From Takakia lepidozioides (taxonomy: Eukaryota; Plantae; Bryophyta): 64,000 bases of DNA. This document shows, in pieces, positions 13,543-26,520 of this stretch. How positions within the stretch are numbered: position 1 is the first letter of the stretch; each line of letters begins with the position of its first letter. The position numbers and the translations under genes are program-made. The notes beneath the pieces were generated by a model. The model saw only the letters and a program-made list of their open reading frames with translations. It was not told the origin of the DNA and made no database searches. The DNA is taken from assembly GCA_030704615.1 (NCBI GenBank), contig CM060732.1, positions 43,338,001 through 43,402,000 on the forward strand, given 5' to 3'.

Positions 13543-16253
13543 CGTAACATACACCAACCACCCAATTTGATTCGCTTGCATTTGCCTTTGGCAGGTGACG
13601 AAGAATCCATGTTGGGTGAACAATGTCCAGTAGCCTTACGCCGCTGACCTTGTAATCCTTGATAACTCCGATGGGCAGCCTGTGCTTGATATCATTCCCC
13701 CTGTTGTGACTCCACGGTGGAATGCTCAAAATCCTCTGTATTGGCAATGGGCATTTTCTTTCAACAACAAGTTCCTCTCTGATGCAGGGGGCCTTCTGAT
13801 ATTTCAATCTGACAACATGGCATCCCGCCAGATTCTTCATAGCTACAAAAAGTCCTCTGGGTTCCAAATCAACAAAATATGAACATGTGTTAATACACTG
13901 CCTTTGTCGAAGGGGGAGTTTCCAGGGCAGAAGGTATTTCCTGTAACTTTCATTGTCTTCGTCCGTGTTATCGTTGAATACCCATAGTTGCTAACATATT
14001 TCCATTGTTGTTGGTGCAGACCCATGTGTTCAAGGCCATTTGCCTGTCACGAATTCGGCCTGCCAACACTCCTGCTTATGTTGGGCATTTCGACGTTTGG
14101 GGAGGAGGTCTGCACATAGACCCAAATTGCGACCCAGTCGAATCTGACGTTGTTCACAACTATGTGGATGCATCCTAGACTCTGAAAAAGACTGGAGGAA
14201 TTCCATGGAGAGGTGCCCGGGAGAAGTCGCCCGCGTTCATGCAGACCTTCATTGAGACATGCAGCCGGCATGGTGACAAAGTGGTTGACCTCTCCATGGG
14301 CACAGGTGCATGCCGAAACTCTTCTCCATTCTTCGTTGTACATGTTCCTCTCTTGTTTTGGCTTCTGACATGGTTTCGTGCTTTCATTCGCTATCCTACA
14401 GGGGCTTCGTTGCCTGCAAGTGTGCAGGAATATATCTATTTGGGTTTGAGGGGGACGATGAGCTTTACTCTCGAGTCATCGCTCCACTCTCTGAGGGATC
14501 CTCACATTCGACCCAGACTGAGAAGATTGTGGAGGAGCAGGATCTGCAAGAGCCGGATGCTCTCGATGTGGATTTTGATTTTTCATGTGAGTAAGTGCAT
14601 GTTCTTTTGTGGCAACTCATAGACCCCATGACGAATCCTTTTGGTGTTCCTTTTTGTGGCTGCAGTTTGGCTTCCAAAGTATTTACGAATTTTACTCATT
14701 ACTGTGTGGTTGCAAGAGTCCTATGACGCCACAGTTTCTGCCGTTCTTTGCCAACCCGGATTTTTTTCCAAGTCCTCCAGCACAATTTCATTTGCCATCT
14801 TATGCGGAGGCTGCGGCTAAGGAGTATAGTCTTCTGGCATCTCCACCTTCTCTGCTACACGAAAGACATGGTTTTCAGCAGAGCGGGGCTAGCGTCTTTG
14901 TGGACAGTTCTGCCTTCGTCCTGAATAGTGCGTCCTGTAGCAGTGGATCTTCTTTGTCCGAATGAATCGATTCTTGTGAAGGGTTTGTTTAAAAACCACG
15001 AGTTCACCTGTATGCCTTCTTTATGATTGGATGTGAGCCTCTCTATCAACCTTGTATAACTGGGAAAATGACATGTGGTCCTTTTCAATCAACAAAGCAA
15101 TGTGGACTCAAAGTTTGCAATATACACTACCCGGCATAATTGATTTTCAAGCAAGACAAGCATGGTTTCATGCATCTCGGAGTTTTTGGGAGCTACCACT
15201 ACAAACAACTATCTATTCTTTCATTTATGTCATTCATCCACCTCTCATTCGTTATACAGACATTCATCCCTCATTCATCCAAGCAGCATCCATATCCGAC
15301 CTTGTGATACTGGCCACTCTACGCAGTAATAGGTCTTCTAAGTCGAGTGGACGTCCGCGGTTATAGGTAGGCAGGTCCTCAAGCGTGAGCAGATTTCTGC
15401 TCACGCAATTTTCTGCTCGCGGGATCTGCTCACACAATAGCATCCCCCAGTAGCTATAAAGGCCTGACAATATGTAAGGGGCCTTCCAAGGAGAAGGCTG
15501 CAAAAGGGGATTCATCAACAAAAGACATGGATGCAATACACGAATGCGCCGACATATGACACAACAAAGGGCAAGTTTACATGCTGACAATGGTATTTGG
15601 ACACATAATACAATGCAATTACGTGAGAGACAAGTTCCCAATTCGTGATATCAATGGCGATAGAGAAGTGTCGCTACATGAACATGCGTCTTTAGGCTTT
15701 CAGAAAAAATAAAATAAAATAAAATAAAAAATAAACATAAAAATAAACATCATTGCGTAGTCTTTTTGTAACTTGAATTTCAAAAAGTTTTCATAATTGA
15801 GACATGTAATTCTTCTACATGCCATGTATGGCTCAGACTGGAATGAGGAGGATGCATGCATGTGGTGGGCATAGTGGGCATCAGCTGTGAATTTGATGTA
15901 ATATTTGCTGTGTATTTTACGCTGTCGGCAATACGACCGCAGAGGATGGGGCTGTCATGGGAGTGAAGGCATGCAACTCCCTAATAAGTATTACTTGGCG
16001 TCCAAGACAAGAGATGGGCAGCATTTCTCCCCCGCGGTAGCCGGGTTGTGAGGGGTTTCACCCCACGCTTGGCCGGGTTTATGTAGGATGAATACTTGCG
16101 TGCTGAAAATACAGAAATACGTGTATATCATCCACGAGCGTAGGTGTGCGAGAAGGCTGCTTCCTCATCCCGATGGTGCGAGGGCGATGGTGGCCAGAAA
16201 CGAGCACAGACATAATGCCTGTGTGGGTTTTGTCCCTGCTTCGTTGATTCAGG

Positions 16254-17463
16254 ATGGGCGAGGTGACGGAGGAGATGGTGTGCAGGGATGCTTACGAGAT
16301 GGAGTGTCCTGCTGAAAATCTCGGAGAGCGCAGCATGGAGGTGGTTCTGAGGAACGGGGACTTGGTGACGCATATCGTGCAGAGATTGGACGACGAAGTG
16401 GACAAGCACGCAGCAGGACTGGTAAGCAAGGTGTGGAATGAGGCGGCCACAAGGAGCGTGCGCAAGTTAACGCTGCGGTCGCGACCGTCGTTGTCAAATT
16501 TTCTGTCAAAGTTCCGTCATGTCACACATCTCGACCTCTCGCAGTGCAGTAACCAGCTGCAAGACTCGGATTTGTCTCTGGCTGCGTCGACCTTCGCTCA
16601 TTTGAGATCCCTGAAAATTGGGCACACGTACAATGCTCAGTGTGAGATGACAGACGAAGGGCTAGCGGCGTTCACAAGGAACTGTGTAAATCTGGAGAAC
16701 ATAAGTTTGACATGCATTCCTATGCTGTCAGATGGGGGCATTCTTTCCTTGGAAGGATGCCAGTTTTTGCGAATTTTACACCTGGAAAGTTGCCCAAGTC
16801 TCACAGATGAGGCTTTGGAAGCAATCTTGCGGTTCGACTGTCTAGAGGAGCTTGTTTTGAGAGGCAATTCCAGGTTTTCTCCAGAGGGGTTGGTCATTAT
16901 AGTCATAAAATGTGCAGGTGTGCGCAAAGTAGCCTTAGAATTGGGAAGTCTCAACTTCTACGCGATCTTGCAGTCGTTACTCCATGGGCGTCTTAAACTG
17001 CAGGAGATTGCTTTGAAGTGTGGAAATCCAAACTTGGGAGAGCGTTCGAAGTGTGCTTCCCTGCTCTCTATAGCTATCAAGAGTATGCATGCGAAGAATC
17101 GTGGGTTTCGATGAGGCCGCGCTCGCCATAGCATCAGCAAGCAAACAGGAACTTGGTCGAGATTGTCAATCGAGACCATTCAGTGATGAGGCTGTGATAG
17201 GGATTTTACTGAAGTGTCCCAAGCTCCGAAAACCTCCTTTGTGGGTGAAGTATACGACAGAGGCAGCGTTGTTGTGCTGCATTGTGTACTGCAAGTCACA
17301 TATGGCACATGATCAGTTTTTGCTCAAACAACAAACAGGGATTGGCACATTCACTCAAAGACATTCCAGTGTTCTGGAACGTTTTCTCTCTGGGCTGCTT
17401 CTGGCTCTACTCAGTCTTTTATTCTTTCTTGTTTCTTGCTTTAGCTTTCTGCTGACGTTATAA
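16254..17463 (+). CDS. F-box/LRR-repeat protein, intronless, with a frameshift near 17090-17114 (possible pseudogene or assembly indel)
   Basis: N-terminal F-box-like LRNGDLVTHIVQRLDDEVDKHAAGLVSKVW followed by AMN1-type LRRs (LDLSQC, LHLESCPSLTDEAL). Continues in a second frame (FDEAALAIA...FSDEAVIGILLKCPKL). Confidence 0.75.
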
Positions 17464-18540
17464 AGTTCCATTTCATTTCATTCTCTCTCACCCTCTCTAA
17501 TTTGTTACATGAGGTGGGTTTACACGGTTTGGGTTACATGGGTGGGGATTACACGGTCAATACCATTGCAACACTATCAAACATAAGAGTCAAAGATTGC
17601 TGCTACTCTGCATGGACAGGCTTTCCCTGTGTTTACAGACATATATGTCCTTGGGCTCATAGAATGCTTGGGGGGAAACAGTTGTGCACAAGATTGAGTA
17701 ACGAATATGACAATACTGGTACTCATGCAGCAAAAAATGGTAAGGAAAGATCTCGGGCACCAAAACATATGCTTCTCACACATTTTTCATCCGTCTTTTT
17801 TCATAAGATGTGGTGAGCATTGCTTCAGATGTGATTGGGCATAGACATGACTGTGTGATCCCATCAAGTGTCCGTCAAATCTATGAAGTCACAGGAATGT
17901 AGCAAGCAATGCAGAGATGATTGTGGCTCACAACCTGGCCGACACTGGTCAGTTTCACAAACTGCTTCTAATTTATGCTTGCTTCGGCAACCCATTGACA
18001 TTTTTTTATCTGTTGTTCAACTGTCTTAAGCAGGCTCAAAGAGATGGCAAGTTTAGCAACACAAGGACCACCCGACGTTATGCATGTAGAGCATGAGCAT
18101 GCAAAGGTTCTCATGCACATGGATTCAATTATCCTTGGATGTCCACAGTATCCACAGGACGTGTCATAGTATATGAACTGGGGCAACCTTGAAATTCCCA
18201 CCACCAAGGCTATTACTGCCTTCCGGTGGTTACCTGATATTAGAGAATCTATATTTTCCCTCTAACAATTACAGCCCCCGAATACTTAATGCTCTTGCTT
18301 TGTCACTTCGGTAAATATCAAGTGACCCTTGCCGATTGCTCATAGCTCATTGCCGATTGCTGGTTGCTTCCGGTTTTTCTTCAACATCAATGAATAACTG
18401 ACAAAACTGACAAATCTACAACTTCATACATGCTGTACTTGAAGGAATATACACCTCCCTTTGTGTGTCTTTTCAGATCTTTTGAAGTTGCGAATTTTGT
18501 GTGGAAGGCCACCTTCTCTTCAAGAGGTGCAACGAGACTT

Positions 18541-19465
18541 TCATCTGCCTGCATAGGGGCAAGCTCCAATGAGAGGGGCAATGGCGGCCAGTTGCCCTTT
18601 GAGAAACTCATACACCAATTCCGTGCTGCTTGAAACCACGCGCACCACCAGCCCTTCGTCGAGATTCCCTACACTGCTACAAGAAGCAAATATAATTGGA
18701 TCCAAGGCGCAGCTACCATCTCTTAATTTCGCCGTCAAGGATCTTGATTCTCTCCCATTGAATGCCACATTGGTTAAAGCCTCCACTTTTGATTGCATCT
18801 GCTTCCTTAATGTTGCCAGTTGGGGTCCATAAATGACTACCATAGCAATAACATGGAAGCCCTGCATTCTATCCGCGACTGACAAGCATACTCCTTGCTC
18901 GAGGCACACAGAATCAAGCAAAACAGGGATGGATCCACCCACGTAAATGTGATTTGTACTCTTATACATCTCAAATGCCCAACTTTCCCCATTGTCAAGG
19001 CGCCCGCTCGTAAGCCAATCTACCAACAACAAGCTAGAATCCGCTGCGAGTGTGAATTCCTGAATCTGTGCATAATTGGCTCCTGAAAAGCATGTAATGG
19101 GGTCAGGTAACACAGCAAGGAAGGCACCTCTTCCCACATCAGCCTGCAACATCTGCTCCGTCAATTGGCCACCGATTGCCTTGAAAATCTTGGTCGATGT
19201 CTGCGTTGTGAGCACCACATTGCACAAGTCTCCCACACACACGCTTACTCTGATGCAATCAGCTGAGACTATGCCTCCGCCATAGCTGATAGCATAGAAC
19301 CAAGTAACATCTATGCTAGAGGGAGAGATCTTTGATGGCACCATGAATTTGAGGGGGTACGAGGCAAAACACGCGCGTAGCCGCAGTCTGGCTCCGCACT
19401 TTCTCCACTTGGATGATTACCGTCAAATCTTTCTTTGTAAAGCTCTCTCCCAAAAGTTTTTCCAT
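18541..19465 (-). CDS. ureD: Urease accessory protein D, intronless, with one extra base near 19372 breaking the N-terminus
   Basis: VEKVRSQTAATR / CFASYPLKFMVPSK...YAISYGGGIVSAD...LTTQTSTK...VLPDPITCF...LVDWLTSGR..NGESW...LAAIAPLIGACPYA is typical plant UreD. Confidence 0.92.
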
Positions 19466-20489
19466 TTCAGCCTCCTAAGCTGCACCCATGATTCATCACA
19501 AAAAATAGCTCATGAGGTGCACCACTCAGAGTTCGAAAACATTGCAAAGGTGACCAAGACTAGAGTGCTGTGTAGGGGGGATCTCGATGATGCTGAGGGT
19601 TTATGCTACAGGATCTACTATACCTTCAGCGTTGTCTGGGACATAGTGCAGAGGGTAGCCATCGTGCCCAACTACAAGACTGCCATACCATCCCTCTGTA
19701 AGCTTTTCTTAATCAGACAGCCAAAACAGACATGTTTGTCTAAACCCTCACCGTGAGACGAGGGGGTACGACAATGAGACCAAGGTTTATAGGTGTTATC
19801 ATCCTTCCACAAGAAAAAACATAATCAGCAAGGACGTTCCTCTATTCTAGGCGAGAGACTCCCACACTTACGAGTCCCGAAGAGTCTTGGGAGGCATGTG
19901 CGCAAGAATCTGAACCAAGAGAAGTGGGTGCAAGGAACAAGGAGAGGCCCTGTGATGAGAACCTTCGAGCTCATTTGCCACAACATGGGACACTACACGA
20001 GGAATCCCAGGATGTATGAAGGAGAGTAGTAGTCTCACAATCTTCCGAGCTCAATGGCTGCTAACCACATATTTCTCATGTATTTCCACATGTATGACTA
20101 CGTATGTATGACCTCATATTAGCACCCATGGAGCTCGGAAGACTGTAGCTTCAGGAGGGGAAGTGTGAGGATGAGAGTCCTTGGAGCCTCGGTTGATGAA
20201 TTACCAAGTTCTCAGGAGTCACTTCTTTTAGAGGAAGATGACAGCTCTACCAACGATTCGTTGGAGTTGAATAAGCTCATCAAGTCTTCTGATGAGAAAA
20301 CGTCCAAGTAGGAGCGGGTGGGAAGATGGATGAATAATTTATGGCCAAGGACCGTTGAGGAGGGGAAGACCGCATTCAGTTTGTGGGTTTATTCCATGAG
20401 CAGGTATGCGGTTAGCACTCACAGACTTCTCCAACAAAGTAACTGATTCTATTCATTCTGCCCATCAGGAGCACCTGAATACAAAAGAC

Positions 20490-20989
20490 NNNNNNNNNNN
20501 NNNNNNNNNNNNNNNNNNNNNNNNNNNNNNNNNNNNNNNNNNNNNNNNNNNNNNNNNNNNNNNNNNNNNNNNNNNNNNNNNNNNNNNNNNNNNNNNNNNN
20601 NNNNNNNNNNNNNNNNNNNNNNNNNNNNNNNNNNNNNNNNNNNNNNNNNNNNNNNNNNNNNNNNNNNNNNNNNNNNNNNNNNNNNNNNNNNNNNNNNNNN
20701 NNNNNNNNNNNNNNNNNNNNNNNNNNNNNNNNNNNNNNNNNNNNNNNNNNNNNNNNNNNNNNNNNNNNNNNNNNNNNNNNNNNNNNNNNNNNNNNNNNNN
20801 NNNNNNNNNNNNNNNNNNNNNNNNNNNNNNNNNNNNNNNNNNNNNNNNNNNNNNNNNNNNNNNNNNNNNNNNNNNNNNNNNNNNNNNNNNNNNNNNNNNN
20901 NNNNNNNNNNNNNNNNNNNNNNNNNNNNNNNNNNNNNNNNNNNNNNNNNNNNNNNNNNNNNNNNNNNNNNNNNNNNNNNNNNNNNNNNN
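20490..20989. other. Assembly gap (500 N)
   Basis: Run of N. Confidence 1.
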
Positions 20990-23900
20990 TATGACATAGG
21001 AGGCACACGGTGACGTTTGACCATGGTGATGCAATCATATTTACGTACATGTATTCCTATGAATATACACCCAATCAAAACACGACATTTGCTAACCATT
21101 GAAGTCATAAGTTGCCAGTCATCTTACTAGTCATATATGACTACATGACTATCACATGACCAATGAAACACGACATGTGCATTAATTAAAGGTGAACGGA
21201 AGTGGCGTAGTCATACTCACGTCTGTATCTTATGAGCTCTATGAACTACAATCACCCAACGAAATGTCGAATGTGGAGAGAAGAGGATCGTTGCATCAAA
21301 ATTCAACTAAATGTGACTGATGAAGGGAAGTGACGATCTTACCGGAAGGGGAACAGCGTTGGAGAAGAGGATCCCTCCATGTATCATGTAATGATTCCTC
21401 ACTGTTTCCAACAAGAGTCACTTTTCCTCAATAGACAAACTCATATGGCAATTGCATAGCATTTTTGTAGAGCCCATTCATTGTCAACCGGCATAAAGCT
21501 TCTTGCCATTCGCCATAGACGGTAATCTATTCTAACGCCATACGCATCCATTCGCCACCTGCACGACATACATGCTATTGAACGTCACCCCTTCCCTCTT
21601 TGCATGCTACGCAAGCATGCATTGTCTCTAGTTTGCACCAGCTGCCAATTGTGCTATTATCGATATCTATAGTATACTATAAGTATCGTTTCTGAGTGTC
21701 CATGGTGAAGCGGAAGGTCTTCGAAGCTGACAGTCCCTCTCACTGAGTCGCCAGAAGTTCCGAGAGCGCCGGATTGCTCTGCCATAAAGGAGGTCGGACA
21801 CAGCAACGTTCAAGCAGTCGATAGATGGGTGAGTTGTTACCTGACTTTGGATACCCACCCACTAAACTTGCGATTGCCTTATCCTCTAACTTCCTACAGC
21901 GATCATAAGCTTCATAGCACAAAATGGGGGCACAGTAGCTGGCAGCACTTGTACAACAGCAGCAGGCCAAACAACATGCCAGTGAGTGACGATTAGGTTT
22001 GAGGAGGAGTGTGTGTCATTAGGCGGGAGATGTCCGCCGTACATTAGTGGGACAGGCATACGTCCTGGTAGGGTGCGGCTTGTGTCAGCGTAGCGCTTAA
22101 GAGTATTTAGAGCTATGTATGCTTACATTTGTTTGTGATTGTTTGACGAGGGAGGTCATGGAGGTGTGTGTGCAGGCTTGCGGGAGCGAATCGCCCTCGC
22201 AAGCCACGCGCTCCGAAGGAAAAAGGTAGGGATCAGGTCCTGCAATGGCAAAGTGCCAGACTAGAAGACGATGAAGACTACGATTCTGCATGAGGGCTAC
22301 TTCTGAGGACGATGAGGACGATCCACTCCTCGCACGCCAGTGCGAGCGAGTGTGTCGTCGGCGGATGCCACGGCAAGCCGAGGGGAACATGCCCATGCCC
22401 CCTCATGTCGCAGGAACAAAAACGCCCATCATCTACACTACGAACACCTTCTCCGTATGTGAAGTTATAGTTCTTCACAAGAGACCATGATTCTAATTAT
22501 GTATGTTTTTGGTAAAAATCACGAATAGGAGATAGGTTGTCATGTCAGGCAGAGACAGTCGGAAGTTTGGACAATGCAGGGTCAGCCGAAGGCCCACAAT
22601 CACAAATGATTTCCAATAGACAAGTTGAAGTAGCCAAAGGCATGATGTCAGGCCAATGTAGACTCATGTCCGTGTATCAAATCTTTGCCCATGAAACCAA
22701 CGTCCTTGTTCAAGTACTAAGCTACAATGGCTACTTATAGAGATACTTGGGTTAACTTATGCACCCTGAATATCAGTTAAACTTGGAGGATACTCTCTCA
22801 TGGAACCATCAGGTTTGTCCATTTGAATTCTTGCTATGGATTTCAGGAACACCCCATACCTAAGCCGGGCTCAAAAAATGTAACTGGGAGGACATCATTG
22901 GGGCCAATCAAATTTGGGAGATTACTGCCCAAGATCATACTGAGTTTGTGGTAATCTTGTCTTTACAAATGTATTGTGCTTCCAGTTTTTTGTTTTGCCT
23001 GAATTCAAGATTGCTGCTTGCTGCATATAGTATGTGTAATCACCCACATTGTAACTGGGTGGAATTTCTTTTCAGGGCAAGCACAAGCGCACTTGATCCA
23101 CGATCCCTGATGTCTAGCTAGCAATGGAGATGACGCCCACAAGAACGCAGGAGGACGGCTGAAACCCTAACTCCCAACGTTGTGGGTTCTGATGCCGACC
23201 AGATACCCCCACCTTATTATGGTATGCCTCAGTACCCACAGTCTAGCGCCACTCAGTATGGTCAGGGTCCATATGGTGCTCCTCCATATGGGGCAGTATG
23301 GCCAGTATCCTCCTCCACCATATTTGCCACCCCTAATAGCTATGGGCGAGGGTGGCAGGCCACCGGAATATCCTCCTGCTTCGGACAGTATGGCCAGTAT
23401 GGTCCTCGGCCTTCTGGCCAACAACCATGGCCACCAGTCCCTACTTGCAGGATCCTGCTTTGAAATTCTCCTGAGCGCACGGAGGCTCTGAAGGAGGGGA
23501 GGGTGCCATTTCAAAGAATGATAGAACCAATGCTTTAAGGAGGCTAATAGCTCAGCCAAAATTGAAGCTGCCAAGGTCAAGGAAGAGAGAATAAGCTACA
23601 GGTCTTCCTCCCACGATGATTTGACGAACCTCAAAGGAGCCCCGTATGGTCAGACCCGGAATGTATGGCACACTGCCCTAAAGGACAGGGCTTATCGCAG
23701 GCTAGATTGTTCCCTTGCCATCAAACAACCAACCTGATGAAGTTGTATACGAAATCAGAGATCACCTGGCTAAGCTATTTTCATATACGTTGCACGAGTT
23801 AAAAGACTTCCACCTAAAACAACAATTGGCCAGAATAATGAAGAGCCAGCGTTATGAAGCACACACTGCGTGGTTGGGTGTAAGGGGAAACCCATTACGG

Positions 23901-25264
23901 TATCTGACGAGGGTATGGAACAAGCTTGTAAGTTACTGGCAGACAGGGTGTTCCACAAAGTGTCGAGGCAACATGAAGAAGGCAAATGGTGCAATTCTGA
24001 ATCCTACCAAGACTGGCCGTGGTGGGAAGGCAATGGTGGAAGCACGCTGGTAAGTGGCATCATCACGACTCTGTATTTTGTTCCTCATTGAATTGCTGTG
24101 TATATAGTCAGCCCTCACATTGCTTACTGACTTGGGCATGGGTTTGTTTTGGCATAGATAATTTGTAGGAAACACTATCAGGGTGCCCTCCTACATATAT
24201 GAAATTCAAGAGGGTTCGTGTGGTGTGTCACGGTTGTCAGCTAGTAGTGACAGGCGGGTAGGTGTTTTCACGTTTGCTAGAGTGGTTGCGCATCATAGGT
24301 TGCTAGGGTTTTTTTCACGGCTTTTGGCCTGGGTTTTCTTCCAATGGGTGGTTCATGCTAGGTTTTTTTGGTTTGATTCATACTTGGGCAAGTTTTCATT
24401 GATTGGGAGGAGGGAAGTCTCGCATATTCTACAGTAGTTGGCAGGATGGATGGCTTGGACAAACTGGTGGAATCACAAGGACGTGACATGGCAGAATTAA
24501 AATTACAGATGCAGAGTAAGAGATGATGAGTACCAGAAAGCCATTGTGACCAGTGGGATTAATCTACCAGGCGCGGACCAGTGACATCTACGATGGATAC
24601 GTCTGCCTATGACAGTATCAAAATGTTTGGAATCCCAATTTCAGACGGTAACTGTGCTCACTCTAAGCCCTTATGTCTTCTGTCACTGATGTCTTTTGAA
24701 TTTGAACCGAGCAGAAGCAGCAGGATACAGGGAAGGCCAGCTGTGAGGTACACGTGGAAATTCAGCCCTGCCACGTACAAAGGCAGAGGTAGCAGTCCAG
24801 GGGGCAATGGTGACAGAGCCGCCGGGCACACCGGATTCTGGTAGGCAGGTATGTGGGAGTTTAGATGGGGAGGAAGATGCAGACGGGGACAAAACAAACA
24901 GGTTGCTTTAATTTTTCCTGCTCACATGTTGAAGCCAAATGTCAGTTTACTTCCTGGACCAAACAAGGAAACATTACTAATTCTGGACTTAAATGGTCTG
25001 TTATGTGAATCTTTTCATTCTGCTAATGGGCTGCATCCCTTCCAAAGGTTTTGTGGGGAAGATGTGTGGCAAGAAGATGGTAGTTTGAGACCACGCTGTT
25101 ATGACTTTTGCAAAAGTGTTTTGAACACTTTGAGGGTGGCGGTGTGGTCTTGTTGCCAAGCTCGCAACTTCTTCCCAATGGTGGACTATATTTTTGCAGC
25201 CCACACTAACCTGGTTTTCCAGTGGGATGCCCTTCGGGATCGAATGCCAGGGGACTACGGATGA
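20990..25264 (+). mobile_element. Degenerate CACTA/En-Spm-like element remnant; boundaries approximate
   Basis: ATATGACTA-like subterminal motifs at about 21000-21250, like those at 62060-62660. A TnpA/Ptta-like segment lies at about 23650-24050 (MKKANGAILNPTKTGRGGKAMVEARW). Confidence 0.5.
24927..25264 (+). pseudogene. FCP1/NIF-type HAD phosphatase-like domain fragment
   Basis: LLILDLNGLL...LRPRCYDFCKSVLNTLRVAVWSC...LVFQWD, matching the LxLDLNGLL / RP / VxVWS pattern of plant FCP1-homology proteins. Confidence 0.65.
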
Positions 25265-26520
25265 CCCAGTTTTGAGGTTGGGTGGATGCGCAGGGGATCT
25301 TGGGTTCAGGGGAGCACCACGGGGCGGCTGATGGCTGGAGGGGGTTCAGTGACCACATTGGACTGGGGATCAAACGAGGGGGGGGGGGGGGGGGGGGGGG
25401 GAGGGCGATGGCCCGGGGGATCGCGGCTCCGATGGGATGAGGGATCGACGGCGGGGGGAGCGCCATGTGGCGGTGGGCGTGCCATGGGGCCTTCATCCGG
25501 CCGTCGTCCATCCACGGCGCGGGAGGATGTCGGGGGATGAGGGGCGGATGACCCAGAACATCCATTGTTTTGAGGTTGGATGGATGAGCAGGGGATCGAC
25601 GGTTCGGGGGGGAGCAGCACGTGGCGGGCGATTAGGGGTGGGGGATCACTCCAATCCGGAGTGGGGATTGATGAAGCCAGGTCAGGGGGGGAGCGGCGAC
25701 ATGTCGGGGGATCGCGCGTGGATGGAAGAAGGGATCGGCGGGAGGGGGGGGGGAGCGCCACGTGCCGTCCGATGGGTGGAGGGGGATCAGTCACCGCATT
25801 GGACGGGGATCAACCGAGGGGGGGGGGGGGGACGTGTCGGGGGATCGGGGCCGTCGATGGGGAAGGGATCGACGGCGGGGGGAGTGGCACGTGGCCTGTC
25901 AGTGTCATCGGGCCTTCATCCGGCCGTCGTCCATCCCTTGCGCGGGAGGATGGCGGGGGGATGAGGGGTGGATGACACACAACATCCATTGTTTGTTTGA
26001 GGTTGGATGAATGCACAGGGGATCGACGGTCCGGGCAGCCGCACGTGGCGGGCGGGCGATAGGGTTGGGGGATCACTCCCGGTCCAGAAGGGGATCAAGG
26101 CGCGTCGGGGGGGAGCGCGCCGTGGATGGGAGGAGGGGATTGACGGCGGGGGAGCGCCACGTGGCGATGGACTTGTCATGGGGCCTTCATCCGGCCGTAT
26201 CCATTTAATTGAGGTTGGATGGATGGTAAGGGAGGGGATCGACGGTTCGGGGGTTGGTAGCGCCACGTGGCTAGAGATGGGGGTGGGGGATCACTCCGGC
26301 ACGAAGGGGGATAAACCCAGTGAGGGGATCCACAGCGGGGGCAGCCACGTGGCTGGAGATCGGGCGGTTGTTGTGGGGCGGGGGTCAGGGTCCCGGACGG
26401 GCGGGGCGCAGGGGAGGGGGGTGGGGGGGGTGTGGTCAGGGGGGCGCGGGGAGCAGCGGGCAGGCGGGGAGGGGGGGGCGGGGGGCAATGGCGGAGGGGT
26501 CGGAGGGGGTGGGGATGATT
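25262..26520. repeat. GC- and G-run-rich imperfect tandem repeat (about 4 units of 200-430 bp)
   Basis: The marker TGAGGTTGG(A/G)TG recurs at about 25273, 25571, 25998 and 26210. GGGGATCGACGG and GGGCCTTCATCCGGCCGT are repeated. Confidence 0.8.

Larger units (their letters stand above)
10790..14965 (+). pseudogene. Decayed homolog of the ParB-N4/N6-MTase cargo gene (element copy 2); the 5' ParB part is missing
   Basis: Exon-by-exon similarity to 47283-50858: TWYNLT, IADPGLGKGF, WLEIWN, ADLVILDNSDG...PRWN, KSPAFMQTFIETCSRHGDKVVDLSMGTG, ACKCAGIYLFGFEGD, LPFFANPDF...LPSYA. Several intron positions are shared. Stops and frameshifts are present. Confidence 0.8.

Noticed and set aside
19500-19990. 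Possible hAT dimerisation-domain remnant
   Set aside because: The similarity is too weak to support without a search.
20406-21108. Long ORFs across the gap
   Set aside because: They are made of N bases.
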